Below, piece after piece: positions 1 to 10,171 of a DNA stretch of 64,000 nt; the stretch's first letter is position 1; each line of letters opens with the position of its first letter. A model generated the notes under the pieces. That model searched no databases and was not told the DNA's origin. It saw only the letters and a list, made by a program, of their open reading frames with translations. Location: contig CAVXLD010000001.1 in the NCBI GenBank assembly GCA_963762565.1, forward strand, positions 1 to 64,000, written 5' to 3'. The stretch is from an uncultured Verrucomicrobiae bacterium. GTDB taxonomy: Bacteria; Verrucomicrobiota; Verrucomicrobiia; Chthoniobacterales; JAFAMB01. Both the position numbers and the translations under genes were made by a program.

Positions 1-77
1 CCTCCTGGGGCCTGATTTGCTATTTGCGATTTGCTATTTGCTATTCGGTGACGAGCCTAAGGCGAGTCACCGCTGCT

Positions 78-1580
78 ATGCCATCAACCCAGGTCCCCGA
101 ATTGTTAGCAATGGATGCCGTGACTCTCGCACGGACGATCAAGGCAAAACAGGTTTCCTGCCGAACGGTGATGGACGCGTTCCTTGAACACATCGATCGG
201 ATCAATCCGAAGGTTAACGCTATTGTCTCACTCCAGGATCGGGTAACGCTGCTTAAGCAAGCAGATGAGCGAGACGAGCAACTGGCTCGTGGAGAGTATC
301 TTGGCTGGCTGCACGGCTTTCCCCAAGCGATTAAGGATTTAACCGCGACCAAAGGAATCGCGACAACACAGGGCTCTCCGCTACTCAGGAACTTTATCCC
401 TCAAACCGACGCGTTTGTTGTCGAGCGGATGAAAAACAGCGGCGCCATCATCATCGGCAAAACCAACAATCCCGAATTTGGTTTAGGCTCACAAACCTAC
501 AACAACGTGTTTGGTGCGACCCTAAATGCCTATGACCAAACGAAGACGGCTGGCGGGAGCAGTGGTGGAGCCGCGGTGAGTGTAGCTCTCCGTATGCAGG
601 TCGTCGCTGACGGTACTGATGTCGGTGGTTCCTTGCGCAACCCGCCGGCATTCAACAACGTGTTCAAGTTTCGTCCTTCCTTCGGCCGAGTACCGCCGGG
701 ACCAGCTGATGATGTATTTGTCCGTCAGCTTGGATCTCCTGGACCCATCGGACGTACCGTCAGCGATGTGGCTCTCTTGCTTTCCGTGATGGCCGGACAT
801 GACCCCAGACATCCACTTTCGATCGGGCAGGATCCGAGCGCGTTTATGGAGCCTTTGAAACGCGACTTCCGAGGTACACGAGTCGCCTGGTTCGGCGACT
901 TTGAGGGCTACCTCGCAATGGAACCAGGTATTCTGGAGCTCTGCCAGGATTCGTTGAAAGCTCTCAAGCGTATCGGTTGCAAGATCGAAGAGGCCCAACC
1001 CGACGTTCCGCCTGAAAAAACTTGGGCTGCTTTTGTCACGCTGCGCCATTGGCTGACCGCAGGCAATCTTGCTCATTTCTACGATGACCCGGCTAAGCGC
1101 CAGCAATTGAAGCCAGAAGCGCAGTGGGAAATTAAGGCCGGGCTTCAAGTGAGCGCCATGGACGTTTACCGGGCTTCGGTGAATCGCTCAGAGGTCTATC
1201 ATGCAGTCAATCGCCTTTTCGAAGAGTACGATTACCTCGTGCTGCCAACTTCCCAGGTCTTTCCGTTTGCTGTGGATGTTGATTGGCCCCAAGAAATCAA
1301 CGGTAGAAAAATGGACACCTATCATCGTTGGATGGAGGTCTGCTTTTTTGCGTCATTAGTCGGCAGTCCAGTGATCAATGTTCCGGTTGGGTTCAACCAG
1401 CACGGCCTGCCGATGGGCATGCAGATCATCGGGCGGCATCGTGAGGATCTGGCGGTCTTGCAACTGGCCTATGCTTACGAGCAGACGACGGAATGGGTGA
1501 GCAAATACCCACCGCCATTGCTTAGTCAGGCCATGGAAGTGGGCGAAACGGCGTGTCGGCGAAAGGGCGAAGGGGCGTAA
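78..1580 (+). CDS. Amidase signature family amidase
   Basis: LHGFPQAIKDL, AGGSSGGAA, GTDVGGSLRNP amidase signature; ATG at 78 preferred because the upstream ORF part is heptamer repeat; last ~13 aa derive from an 8-mer repeat. Confidence 0.93.
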   Translation: MPSTQVPELLAMDAVTLARTIKAKQVSCRTVMDAFLEHIDRINPKVNAIVSLQDRVTLLKQADERDEQLARGEYLGWLHGFPQAIKDLTATKGIATTQGSPLLRNFIPQTDAFVVERMKNSGAIIIGKTNNPEFGLGSQTYNNVFGATLNAYDQTKTAGGSSGGAAVSVALRMQVVADGTDVGGSLRNPPAFNNVFKFRPSFGRVPPGPADDVFVRQLGSPGPIGRTVSDVALLLSVMAGHDPRHPLSIGQDPSAFMEPLKRDFRGTRVAWFGDFEGYLAMEPGILELCQDSLKALKRIGCKIEEAQPDVPPEKTWAAFVTLRHWLTAGNLAHFYDDPAKRQQLKPEAQWEIKAGLQVSAMDVYRASVNRSEVYHAVNRLFEEYDYLVLPTSQVFPFAVDVDWPQEINGRKMDTYHRWMEVCFFASLVGSPVINVPVGFNQHGLPMGMQIIGRHREDLAVLQLAYAYEQTTEWVSKYPPPLLSQAMEVGETACRRKGEGA

Positions 1581-1614
1581 GATTTTCTTGATCGACGGTA
1601 TCGTTTTGGCGCCT

Positions 1615-1705
1615 CGGTTCTACCGCCACCTTTCGGGGCGGGACGTTCGTTTTACCATTACCTGGGGTTGAAACCCCAGGGTGAGTCCTATCATCCCTTC
1701 GGGAT
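1615..1705. repeat. Palindromic repeat family C (CCTGGGGTT.AAACCC.AGG), homologous to 33100-33312
   Basis: GGTTCTACCGCC...GGGCGGG...CCTGGGGTTGAAACCCCAGG...AGTCCTATC shared with 33226-33312. Confidence 0.8.
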
Positions 1706-1873
1706 AGAGTCCCAAAAAACCAGGCCGTTAGCGAAGTCGGAAGGACGACGAGAATGGCCTGCCGCGCCGTAGGTTTGGCGAAGGCGGGAGAACGAAGCGC
1801 CTCACAAGCTGCCTCCCCAAATTATCCCATTGCGCAAAAGAAAAACGAGAACGACCAATCAGGTGATTCTGCC

Positions 1874-3577
1874 ATGACGACGCCCACAATCGCTGAAGAC
1901 GAGCAATTCTACCGTGACACGGAAAGCATCGCCTTTCCGAAGCTGGACGACCAGCAACTTGCTATGCTGGAAAAGCTCGGCGGCCGCCGGGTGGTGCGCC
2001 GTGGTGAAGTGCTGACTAAGGCCGGCCAACGCAACGTTGGGTTAACCGCGGTGCTACGTGGTGGATTGGAGGTCTTCGAATCGCGTGACGGCCAGGAGCA
2101 GATCCTGGCGACCCCGGGCCCGCGTGATTTTCTCGGGGACGTGGCCACGTTGATGGGCGCAGCGGTTCTAGCCAGTGTCCGAGGTCAGGCGGAGGAAAGT
2201 GAAATTCTGCAGGTCCCGGCGGATCGGCTTCGCCAGGCGTTGGCCGAGTTGCCCGGTGTTGGTGAACCAATCGTTCAGGCGTTCATCATGCGCCGGCAAC
2301 GACTGATGCGGGACCGGGAATTCGCCGGGTTGCGGATTCTTTCACCCGCTGATTCTCGAGACGGCCGGCTGCTTGACGATTTTCTCGATAAGAATCATGT
2401 CCCCCACCGCTTGATCGATTCTCGAACTGACGATGGCCAAGCTTTGGCGGATCGATTGCATTTGGCCGACCACGATTTGCCCGCCTTAGTCACCCCCAAC
2501 GGAATGCCGTTGCGACATCCTTCACTGCGAGAGGTGGCTCGCGTTGCCGGATTACTGAAGCCGCTGACCTCAGGCGACGATGAAGAAGTGACTTGTGACC
2601 TGGCTATCGTCGGAGCTGGTCCCGCCGGTCTCGCGGCCGCGGTTTATGCTGCCTCCGAAGGTCTACGAACCGTAGTCCTTGAAGCATACGCACCCGGCGG
2701 ACAGGCTGGATCTTCCTCGCTGATCGAAAACTTCTTTGGATTTCCTACGGGGATCAGCGGCGGAGAACTAGCTTTTCGAGCGCAGCTTCAGGCCTATCGT
2801 TTCGGAGCAAAATTCTCGACCCCGGCGCAGGCGCTGTCTCTCGCTCTGAATGAGGGCGAGCCGCGAGCGACGTTAAGAGTGGAGGGCGGCAACTGCGAGC
2901 TGCTTGCCAAGTGCGTAATTATTGCGACCGGAGTCAATTATCATCGTCTTGACGCCAAGGGACGAGAGGACTTTGAATGCGCCGGTCTCTATTACGCTGC
3001 TACCGCGCGAGAAGGACGCTTATGTTCCGGCTCAACGGTGGTAGTGGTTGGCGCTGGAAATTCTGCGGGCCAGGCTGCCATGTTTTTATCGAGCTGCGCG
3101 AAAAAAGTTCTGCTGGTGGTTCGGGGCGATCAGTTAGGCAAAACCATGTCGGAATATCTCTCCCGCCGGGTTGAGACGAACGAGAACATTGAAATTCTAT
3201 TCAATACCGAGATCAGAGAAATGTTCGGTGGGAAGCTTCTGGAGGCGGTGGAACTTGAAAATACCACGACCCACGAACGACAGAGAGTGCAGACGCCTGC
3301 GGTTTTTTCCATGATCGGCGCCAAGCCATGCACCAGCTGGCTGCCACCCGAAATTGAGCTTGATGAGAAGGGATTTATTAAGACCGGCGCATTGGTTGCT
3401 AACTTTCCAGTTTGGAAAGCAATGGACCGTTCTCCCGGACCACTGGAAACGAGTTGGCCAGGCGTTTTCGCAGCGGGGGATGTCCGCTCCGGCTCGGTTA
3501 AACGTTGTGCCACCGCGGTAGGCGAAGGCGGTGTGGCGGTCGAAGGGGCCCATGAAATCCTCAAGACCTACAGTTGA
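1874..3577 (+). CDS. Cyclic-nucleotide-binding domain fused thioredoxin-reductase-like FAD/NAD(P) oxidoreductase
   Basis: N-terminal cNMP-like domain (FPKLDDQQL...GPRDFLGD), IVGAGPAGLAAA, VVGAGNSAGQAA, GVFAAGDVR; ATG 1874 after AGGTG. Confidence 0.88.
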   Translation: MTTPTIAEDEQFYRDTESIAFPKLDDQQLAMLEKLGGRRVVRRGEVLTKAGQRNVGLTAVLRGGLEVFESRDGQEQILATPGPRDFLGDVATLMGAAVLASVRGQAEESEILQVPADRLRQALAELPGVGEPIVQAFIMRRQRLMRDREFAGLRILSPADSRDGRLLDDFLDKNHVPHRLIDSRTDDGQALADRLHLADHDLPALVTPNGMPLRHPSLREVARVAGLLKPLTSGDDEEVTCDLAIVGAGPAGLAAAVYAASEGLRTVVLEAYAPGGQAGSSSLIENFFGFPTGISGGELAFRAQLQAYRFGAKFSTPAQALSLALNEGEPRATLRVEGGNCELLAKCVIIATGVNYHRLDAKGREDFECAGLYYAATAREGRLCSGSTVVVVGAGNSAGQAAMFLSSCAKKVLLVVRGDQLGKTMSEYLSRRVETNENIEILFNTEIREMFGGKLLEAVELENTTTHERQRVQTPAVFSMIGAKPCTSWLPPEIELDEKGFIKTGALVANFPVWKAMDRSPGPLETSWPGVFAAGDVRSGSVKRCATAVGEGGVAVEGAHEILKTYS

Positions 3578-3741
3578 TGGGTTTTAAAGTTACGGGTTAC
3601 GAGTTGCCGGCTTTACAGGTTGGATAGCCGCTTGTAACTGCTTCATGGCGCTGCTGATCTCAACGTTCTTACCATAGATAGCAGACCCGACTATCATCGG
3701 CCTGTTTTCAGCCTAATGCCAATCCCCGAGCGACGCTTGTT

Positions 3742-3981
3742 AAGAGCGTGTTGCCCAATTCGGTTCGCACAATACGGAAAGATCACAAAGGACACAAAGA
3801 CAGAAGAATTCTTACAGAAGCTAACGAAGCAAACGAAGGGTTGTCGAACGCTAAGCTAAACCCAGGCCGAGCGCCCCTTCGTTACCTTCTGTAAAATAAC
3901 CTCCGTCTTTGTGGCCTTTGTGATCTTTTCGTATTGTGATTTGAGGTTTTAAGAGAGGACAGAATTGGGGCCACGTTTTTT
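3742..3981. repeat. Three-layer nested inverted repeat built from 9-mers
   Basis: Arms 3742-3761/3962-3981, 3768-3806/3901-3938, 3812-3829/3877-3894. Confidence 0.85.
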
Positions 3982-4065
3982 AACTTTGGACAATCGCCGT
4001 TCCGCTTCGATGAATAAAAAGCGTTCCCTTCGCCTCGTAGCTCCCAGATTCTAGCTCCTAGCTCC

Positions 4066-4788
4066 TTATTTCACCGGCGTTTGTTGCACGTAGGCCGCAA
4101 ACTGCTGCTGGAGCGCTTTGACGGCACTGTTGCGCCAGCCCTCGGCGACTGCTTCCGACATCGGATCAGGGAAGATTTCCTCATCTCCTTTCTCCACTCC
4201 GTCGAAGATTGCCCGAGCGGTGGACTCCGGAGAAGCCTTAGGAATGTCCAGGTTTCGGGTCATGTCGGTATCGATGGGGCCGGGCAAGACGCTATGGACG
4301 CTAACACCTCGTCCGGCCAAAAGAGCGCGCAACGATTGCGAGAGAGAGAACGCGGCCGCTTTCGACATCGAGTAGAGAGGATCGAAAGGCACAGCCGCAA
4401 GCGAGGCCAACGATAGAATATTCACTATCGCGCTTTGCGGACGAGCCAGCATCGGCACGAAGGCCTGGGTCACGTCATACGTGCCAAAGAGATTTACCGC
4501 CAGGAGACGTTCCAGCGCGGGGCGATCGTTAAGGTCGTTCTGGACCGAAATACCGGCGTTGTTGATGAGGATATCGAGAGTGCCGATTTTATCGACGGCA
4601 GCCCGAATCTGCGCTGCATTGGTAACATCCAGCGTCAAGGGCGTGACCCGGCTATCAACCTGAGCGAAGGGCTGGCGCGTGCCGGCATAGACCCGTTTCG
4701 CGCCTCTCTTCAACGCGTCCTCCACTAGTGCTTTTCCAATGCCGCGATTGGCTCCAGTTATCAGAATTGTTGTATCTGCGATCTTCAT
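4066..4788 (-). CDS. Short-chain dehydrogenase/reductase
   Basis: TGANRGIG, NNAG, YSMSK motifs. Confidence 0.93.
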   Translation of the reverse strand: MKIADTTILITGANRGIGKALVEDALKRGAKRVYAGTRQPFAQVDSRVTPLTLDVTNAAQIRAAVDKIGTLDILINNAGISVQNDLNDRPALERLLAVNLFGTYDVTQAFVPMLARPQSAIVNILSLASLAAVPFDPLYSMSKAAAFSLSQSLRALLAGRGVSVHSVLPGPIDTDMTRNLDIPKASPESTARAIFDGVEKGDEEIFPDPMSEAVAEGWRNSAVKALQQQFAAYVQQTPVK

Positions 4789-4871
4789 GGTTTTCTGCTG
4801 ATTGCGTCTTAACGAGACAGGTTAGTACCAGGTATCGGACGGTGTGAGTGACAAATGTGGCGGGATTTCTC

Positions 4872-5074
4872 ACCGCGAATGGACACGAATAAACGCGAAT
4901 AGAAGAAGACTTTAACCGCAGATGAATCCGCCTTCGCTTCGCTATGGCGCAACAGGCGTAGATGTACGCTGATAGTTTTGGCGTTAGAAGCGGCGGCTAG
5001 CTTTTCGCAAGATTATCTGCGTCAATCCGCGTTCATCTGTGGTTTATTCGCGTTTATTCGTGTCCATTCGCGGT
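4872..5074. repeat. Nested inverted repeat with perfect 30-bp outer arms
   Basis: ACCGCGAATGGACACGAATAAACGCGAATA and its exact reverse complement; inner GCAGATGAA arms. Confidence 0.9.
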
Positions 5075-5128
5075 TGAAATTGAAACACTTCGCGGCTTCG
5101 GTGGGCCAACGAGTGTTTGCGGCGTAAT

Positions 5129-5908
5129 ATGGCCATCAAGTGTGTGATCAAAGGCGTGCACGTCGTTCCGATGGGGACGGCAAACGCCTTCCTGTTAGAG
5201 GCTGACGATGGGTTGACGCTGATTGACGCCGGTTTCCCGGGCAAGGAAGCAATCGTCTTCGGCGCGATTCGCGAGCTTGGTCGTACGCCAGACCAGCTTA
5301 AGCACCTGATTTTCACTCATGGCCACCCAGATCACATCGGTAGCGCCGCCGCCATCATGAGAGAAACCGGTGCCAGGACCTACATGCACCCGCTCGATAT
5401 CCCGATAGCCGAGACCGGAGGTCCTTTTCGCCCTTTGCAGGCGGCGCCTGGTCTGTTGCGGCGAGTACTCTGCAAGCTGTTCTTCAATCATGAGTCACGC
5501 GTGGAGCCGGTTGCCATCGACCAGCCTTTGACCGCTGGGGAAATATTGCCCATCGCTGGCGGCATCGAAGTTATTCATACTCCGGGGCATTGCGCGGGAC
5601 AGGTCGCACTGCTGTGGCGTTCGGGACGGATGCTCTTCGCAGGCGATGCGTGCATGAATATGATGGGTCTCGGTGATCCGCTCGGGTTCGAGAGTTTGCC
5701 GGACGGTCGGGCGAGCCAGCGCAAACTTGCTAGCCTCTCATTCGACGCTGCCGGGTTCGGCCATGGCGATCCTATTGTCAGAGATGCGTCGACACGTTTC
5801 CGCGATAAATGGGGTGAGGGGGACCCTTCGTTCTTCCGACTTCGCCAAGGTCCCGGTTGTGGAGCGCGCCTCGCTTGCGAGGCCGACTTCCAGGGGTTGG
5901 CAACATAG
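5129..5908 (+). CDS. MBL-fold metallo-hydrolase
   Basis: THGHPDHIG, HTPGHC, AGDA, GHG; C-terminal ~27 aa read through a repeat element. Confidence 0.9.
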   Translation: MAIKCVIKGVHVVPMGTANAFLLEADDGLTLIDAGFPGKEAIVFGAIRELGRTPDQLKHLIFTHGHPDHIGSAAAIMRETGARTYMHPLDIPIAETGGPFRPLQAAPGLLRRVLCKLFFNHESRVEPVAIDQPLTAGEILPIAGGIEVIHTPGHCAGQVALLWRSGRMLFAGDACMNMMGLGDPLGFESLPDGRASQRKLASLSFDAAGFGHGDPIVRDASTRFRDKWGEGDPSFFRLRQGPGCGARLACEADFQGLAT

Positions 5909-5990
5909 AGCATGGGCTTCGTCGGACAGGCTGTCCTCGAGTGCCGTCGAGCGGACCGGAGTGGAGTCGACTTTGCGGACAGGTATTCTC
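5827..5990 (+). repeat. REP-like composite family A (GTGGAGCGCGCCTCGCTTGCGAGGCCGAC core)
   Basis: Copies at 24387-24545, 36220-36375 (minus), 61866-62035; partial at 22894-23104 and 34563-34590. Confidence 0.9.
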
Positions 5991-5999
5991 AGGGCCGCA

Positions 6000-6374
6000 C
6001 TACGGCTTCACCGCCGGAGCCGCCTCGAGGTAATGAGCGTTCGATCTCGCAACTAACCCACGATCGTCGAAGGAAAAGGTTTCAAGCGCCCGCTGACCGC
6101 GGTTCACATAGTGGAGCGCCACACTGCCGGCGCCGACAAAAACTTCGATCAGCTCGAAGTGAAGTTCGGCCCGCTTGGTCAAGGACGCCGTCCAATAATT
6201 TCGAAGCTTGTCTTTTCCGACTAGCCGTCCTGAAGGTTCGCCCGCGACAAGGCGAATAAAGGGCGACAACACTTCGACATCGTCCGAATACAAGGCTAGC
6301 ACGCGCTCGAAGTTTTTTTGGTTCGCTCCTTCGATCCACTCCTGCGCGAACCGGGAGGCAAATTCGCGAGTCAT
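6000..6374 (-). CDS. SnoaL/NTF2-like family protein
   Basis: FAQEWIE...LYSDDVEVLSP...GKDKLRNYW...AHY pattern typical of SnoaL-like proteins. Confidence 0.82.
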   Translation of the reverse strand: MTREFASRFAQEWIEGANQKNFERVLALYSDDVEVLSPFIRLVAGEPSGRLVGKDKLRNYWTASLTKRAELHFELIEVFVGAGSVALHYVNRGQRALETFSFDDRGLVARSNAHYLEAAPAVKP

Positions 6375-6441
6375 GTTCACCCGGTAACGTATCGAAAATC
6401 GGCCGAAATCCACCGATTTAAGGTAGGACAGGTCGTCTCTT

Positions 6442-6565
6442 ACAAGGTCACAGAGAAAAATAATTCACAACAAAGGGCGCAAAGGCCGCAAAGTTTGATT
6501 TGAAGAAGTTTGTCTTTGTGGCCTTGGTGGCCTTTCCTGTGAAGTATTTTCTGCTGTGACCTTGT
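6442..6565. repeat. Long imperfect inverted repeat between divergent genes
   Basis: ACAAGGTCACAG...GCCGCAAAG paired with CTTTGTGGC...CTGTGACCTTGT. Confidence 0.8.
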
Positions 6566-6725
6566 TGTGAATTCGTTTCTCTTTATGCGAGCAATCGGTT
6601 CTACCCGTCCCCTACTCTCCGCTAGCGCAAACGCCGGCTGAAGCTAGCTTTCTTGATTGATTGAGAACCGTTTCGGAATCTGCCAACAGATTGTCAGCCC
6701 ATTAACATTTCCTGGACGCACCGTT

Positions 6726-7139
6726 ATGAGTAAATCCCCAACGTCAGCTCGATTCAAAATCGAAGAGATCGCAAAATCCTTTCCCGAAAAGGCCGATACA
6801 CTCCTGCTCGATAAATACCTAACGAACGAGGAAGCCGCCAGCGCGCGGGTCTTTCGGGTCTACCGCGAGACGCCACCGCATTATCATGTCACTTGCGATG
6901 AATATCTTTACGTGTTCTCGGGGCGAGGCACGTTCTGGATGGAGCACCCGGCCACCGTTGCTGAGTTCGAGCCGGGGCAATTGCTCTTCTTCAAAAAAGG
7001 AACGGTCCACGCTATACCGGATATTATCGAGGAACCGCTGGTTTTTCTCTCCGTCGACACACCGCGCCGCGATCCCAAAGACGTGGTGTTCGTTAATCCT
7101 GGCGACGGTACGCCGGAAACCTTCATCCGTGCCGTCTAA
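6726..7139 (+). CDS. Cupin domain protein
   Basis: PHYHxxCDEYLYVFSG and GTVHA cupin motifs. Confidence 0.88.
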   Translation: MSKSPTSARFKIEEIAKSFPEKADTLLLDKYLTNEEAASARVFRVYRETPPHYHVTCDEYLYVFSGRGTFWMEHPATVAEFEPGQLLFFKKGTVHAIPDIIEEPLVFLSVDTPRRDPKDVVFVNPGDGTPETFIRAV

Positions 7140-7635
7140 ACTGCGGTTCGTTTCTCGTTTTCGCATCCGTTCGCCCAGACTCCGAAATGGGGATCTCGTG
7201 ATTGGTTACGCGGTTGAATATTACCGAGGTTTCCACGCGAATTACAAAGGGCTGATGCAACCTCTCCGAGATGACCTGCTTTAAGTGTTCCATGTCGCGA
7301 ACCGCAACGTGAGCAATCAAATCGAACTGCCCGGAGACCAGGAAGACGTTGCGCACTTCGGGCACGGCTGCGGCTTTGCGGAGGTAATCATCCACTGTTT
7401 CGGCTCTGAGTTTCTTCACTTGGATGAATAGCAGCGCCTCTATCCCCAGACCAAGGGAGCGTAGGTTAAGGTCCGCATGGGCGCCCGACAGGACACCTCG
7501 TCCCTTTAGCAGCTTTATCCGCTCATGACAGCTTGAAGGCGCCAGCCCGACAGCTGCGGCCATTTCCTTGTTCGATATACGAGCATTCTTCGCCAATTGG
7601 CTCAAAATCGCGAAGTCTGTTTGGTCTAAGCTCAC
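7123..7635 (-). CDS. Lrp/AsnC family transcriptional regulator
   Basis: LDQTDFAILSQL...ARISNKEMAAAVGLAPSSCHERIK HTH and VSGQFD RAM domain. Confidence 0.92.
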   Translation of the reverse strand: MSLDQTDFAILSQLAKNARISNKEMAAAVGLAPSSCHERIKLLKGRGVLSGAHADLNLRSLGLGIEALLFIQVKKLRAETVDDYLRKAAAVPEVRNVFLVSGQFDLIAHVAVRDMEHLKQVISERLHQPFVIRVETSVIFNRVTNHEIPISESGRTDAKTRNEPQFRRHG

Positions 7636-7703
7636 GGTTTGTTTGTCTCCACGAATTCTATTCGATGTACAGAGGTGCCAACGAATATCTAGCGTAGAAA
7701 TAT

Positions 7704-8606
7704 ATGATTTGTCGAATAAGAATCGCCTACCATCTGATTTCCACCATTTTCGGCAGCCTGGTTTTCCTATCGCCCATCGATGGCATCAGCCAACTCTCCT
7801 CAGCATCTGTCCAAACCCGTTCCGTTGCGTCCTCTGATGGAGTTCGCATCGTTTACGACGTTCGAGGGCAAGGTAGCGTGGCGCTCGTCTTCGTTCATTG
7901 CTGGGCCGGCAACCGATACTTTTGGCGAAATCAAGCTGCCAGCTTTTCTGAGCAATATCGTGTCGTCACTTTAGACCTCGCGGGCCACGGTGAGTCAGGA
8001 AAAAATCGCAAAAATTGGACAGTTCTTGGCTTGGCGAAGGATGTTGTAGCGGTGGCAAACGATCTCGAGCTCCAAAAAATCGTTTTGATTGGCCATTCCA
8101 TGGGAGGACCGGTTTGCCTACAGGCTGCAACGGAGTTACCGGGCCGGGTTGTAGGGATTATCCTGGCGGACACCATTCACGACGTCTCGCAACGACGGAC
8201 CGTTGCCGCGGCTCAGGCTGATGCCGATCAACTTAAAAGAGATTTCAAAGGTTATTTTCACGATCTATCGGCTCTCTTCTCCAAAACATCTGATCCAGCC
8301 GTTCGGCATTGGGTGGAAACACAGGCAATGGCAGCCGACCCAAATGCAATCATCGCGTTGAAGCTCGACACCCCCAACGTCGTCCCCTCAGAACTATTCG
8401 AAAGAGCAGGTGTTAGAATCCGAGCGATCAATGCCATACCGCCGCTGTCCGACCGCACGGATGTTGAGGTAAACCGGAGATTTGCTGACTACGATGTAGC
8501 GTTTGTGTCTGACGCAGGCCACTTTCTTCAGCTGGAACAGCCGCAGGAGTTCAATGACGACCTGAGGAATTGGATTCTCGAACTTACCCAAGGCTCTCCA
8601 CGATAG
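7704..8606 (+). CDS. Secreted alpha/beta hydrolase
   Basis: N-terminal hydrophobic segment, DLAGHGES, GHSMGG nucleophile elbow, GHF. Confidence 0.88.
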   Translation: MICRIRIAYHLISTIFGSLVFLSPIDGISQLSSASVQTRSVASSDGVRIVYDVRGQGSVALVFVHCWAGNRYFWRNQAASFSEQYRVVTLDLAGHGESGKNRKNWTVLGLAKDVVAVANDLELQKIVLIGHSMGGPVCLQAATELPGRVVGIILADTIHDVSQRRTVAAAQADADQLKRDFKGYFHDLSALFSKTSDPAVRHWVETQAMAADPNAIIALKLDTPNVVPSELFERAGVRIRAINAIPPLSDRTDVEVNRRFADYDVAFVSDAGHFLQLEQPQEFNDDLRNWILELTQGSPR

Positions 8607-8665
8607 TTTGCCTGTCCCCTACTCTTAACTTCTCCTGAATCGCCGGTTCAAGTAGGCTGCAAGCG

Positions 8666-9160
8666 TTGGATAGTTTTTCAATCATTCTGATTTTGGTCTC
8701 CTTTAGTCAGTTGGCGCTCGCTTCGGATTGGAAGCGAGAAGTAAACGGGCGCTGGGGTTTTGCACTAGCTTATCCCGCGTCTTTGATCGCAGAAGCCCCT
8801 CCGACAGATGGCGGTGGCCGGCGTTATCACTCGGCAGACAGCGAAGTCTCGCTTGTCGCGTTGGGCAGCCATACACACGCTGAGCTCAACGAGACTTTGG
8901 AAAATTTCTGGCAAAAAGAATTAGCCGAACGAGGAAGCACCGTTAACTACAAGCTCAAGAAGAATAATTGGTACGTCGTCTCTGGGGTGAATCCCAACGG
9001 CTATGAGTTTTATCACAAGGTGTTCTTCTATCCGACTTATTGGGTCGAATTCGAAATCACCTATCCGCACGCCCAACACGACCGTTACGATCCTTGGGTC
9101 GATCGCATCGCCCAAGATTTCGTACCCGCTCTGCCGGATAATGGTCGTTACGATCGCTAG
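8666..9160 (+). CDS. Hypothetical secreted protein
   Basis: Signal-peptide-like N-terminus (ILILVSFSQLALA), aromatic-rich mature part; start uncertain. Confidence 0.65.
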   Translation: MDSFSIILILVSFSQLALASDWKREVNGRWGFALAYPASLIAEAPPTDGGGRRYHSADSEVSLVALGSHTHAELNETLENFWQKELAERGSTVNYKLKKNNWYVVSGVNPNGYEFYHKVFFYPTYWVEFEITYPHAQHDRYDPWVDRIAQDFVPALPDNGRYDR

Positions 9161-9207
9161 GTCTACAGGTTTAGGAAAGCTGAGGCGAGGCGAGGTTCAG
9201 ATACGCA

Positions 9208-9471
9208 TCAGTAGTGATAGCGGCATTGAAGGAAAGTGATTTTCTCTTTATCGACGCGATAGACGAGCCGGTGTTCGCGATCGATGCGGCGGCTCCAGCA
9301 GCCGGATAACTCGTGTCGTAACGGTTCCGGTTTACCGATTCCAGCAAAGGGCTCTCGAATAGTCTCCTGGACAAGTTTGAGGATTTTTCCGGCTAGCTTC
9401 GGCTTCGTTTCTTGCCAATAGGACAGATCCTCCCGAAACCTTGAGGTATAACCCGCAGCCCTAGCGGACAC
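9208..9471 (-). CDS. yoeB: Txe/YoeB family toxin (ribosome-dependent mRNase)
   Basis: GIGKPEPLRHELSGCWSRRIDREHRLVY and C-terminal CRYHY; GTG start overlaps the end of the upstream gene. Confidence 0.95.
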   Translation of the reverse strand: MSARAAGYTSRFREDLSYWQETKPKLAGKILKLVQETIREPFAGIGKPEPLRHELSGCWSRRIDREHRLVYRVDKEKITFLQCRYHY

Positions 9472-9991
9472 CGGAATGGATCGCGAGTTGGGCCAGCGTC
9501 ATTTCTTGAGCGCGCCCTGTAGCGGTTTCGTAGAGAGCATCCGCTAATCGATTCGCGTTAGCTTGAGAGTTGAGCAAATGCGCTGTCTCGGCGTACGAGC
9601 GGTATTCGAGCAAGGCTTTGGTAGCTAAATTGTCGAGAACTTTGCAATAGTGCGCCACAATCCCGTCGACCTCGGGCTCGCCGAACTTTTCGAGGTTCTC
9701 CCACTGCCTTTTCCTCGCCAACAATATGCGGCGAGTCTTCTTCCAAACTCTTACTGCATCCGGTGTCGTCATCCGCCGCGTTAGTAAATCGGTCGTCTTG
9801 TAAAAGGCGATTATTTCGCCGGGCGCGTCGAGGAGGCGATCGCGTAGAGCACTAATCCTTTGTGCCATCCTGTCCGAGCGCTCGTCTTCGGTTAGCGCGC
9901 GGATAAGATCCCTATCAAAAGCACTCGTTTCGCGTCCGAGCTCCTTTATATCATCGAGTGTAGTCATTGAACGCACAAACGTAGCGCTCAA
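9461..9991 (-). CDS. Atypical antitoxin: unknown N-terminal domain plus YefM-like C-terminal segment
   Basis: C-terminal EYRSYAETAHLLNSQANANRL resembles YefM toxin-binding region; overlaps yoeB start; no recognisable Phd N-terminus. Confidence 0.72.
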   Translation of the reverse strand: MSATFVRSMTTLDDIKELGRETSAFDRDLIRALTEDERSDRMAQRISALRDRLLDAPGEIIAFYKTTDLLTRRMTTPDAVRVWKKTRRILLARKRQWENLEKFGEPEVDGIVAHYCKVLDNLATKALLEYRSYAETAHLLNSQANANRLADALYETATGRAQEMTLAQLAIHSGVR

Positions 9992-10171
9992 CGACCATGA
10001 AATAAAAGATAATGATGACCCAAATGAGGAGAGCTCGCCTTTTTAACGAAAATTGACTATTAACGCAATTCGGTCCCCGGCTGAACGTCTTATCCGTGAA
10101 AGGCGCGTCGAGACCCGGCTTTCTGGGCTTGCACCGACCAGAAATGGAACCGACGCCAGCCCATCACCTGC

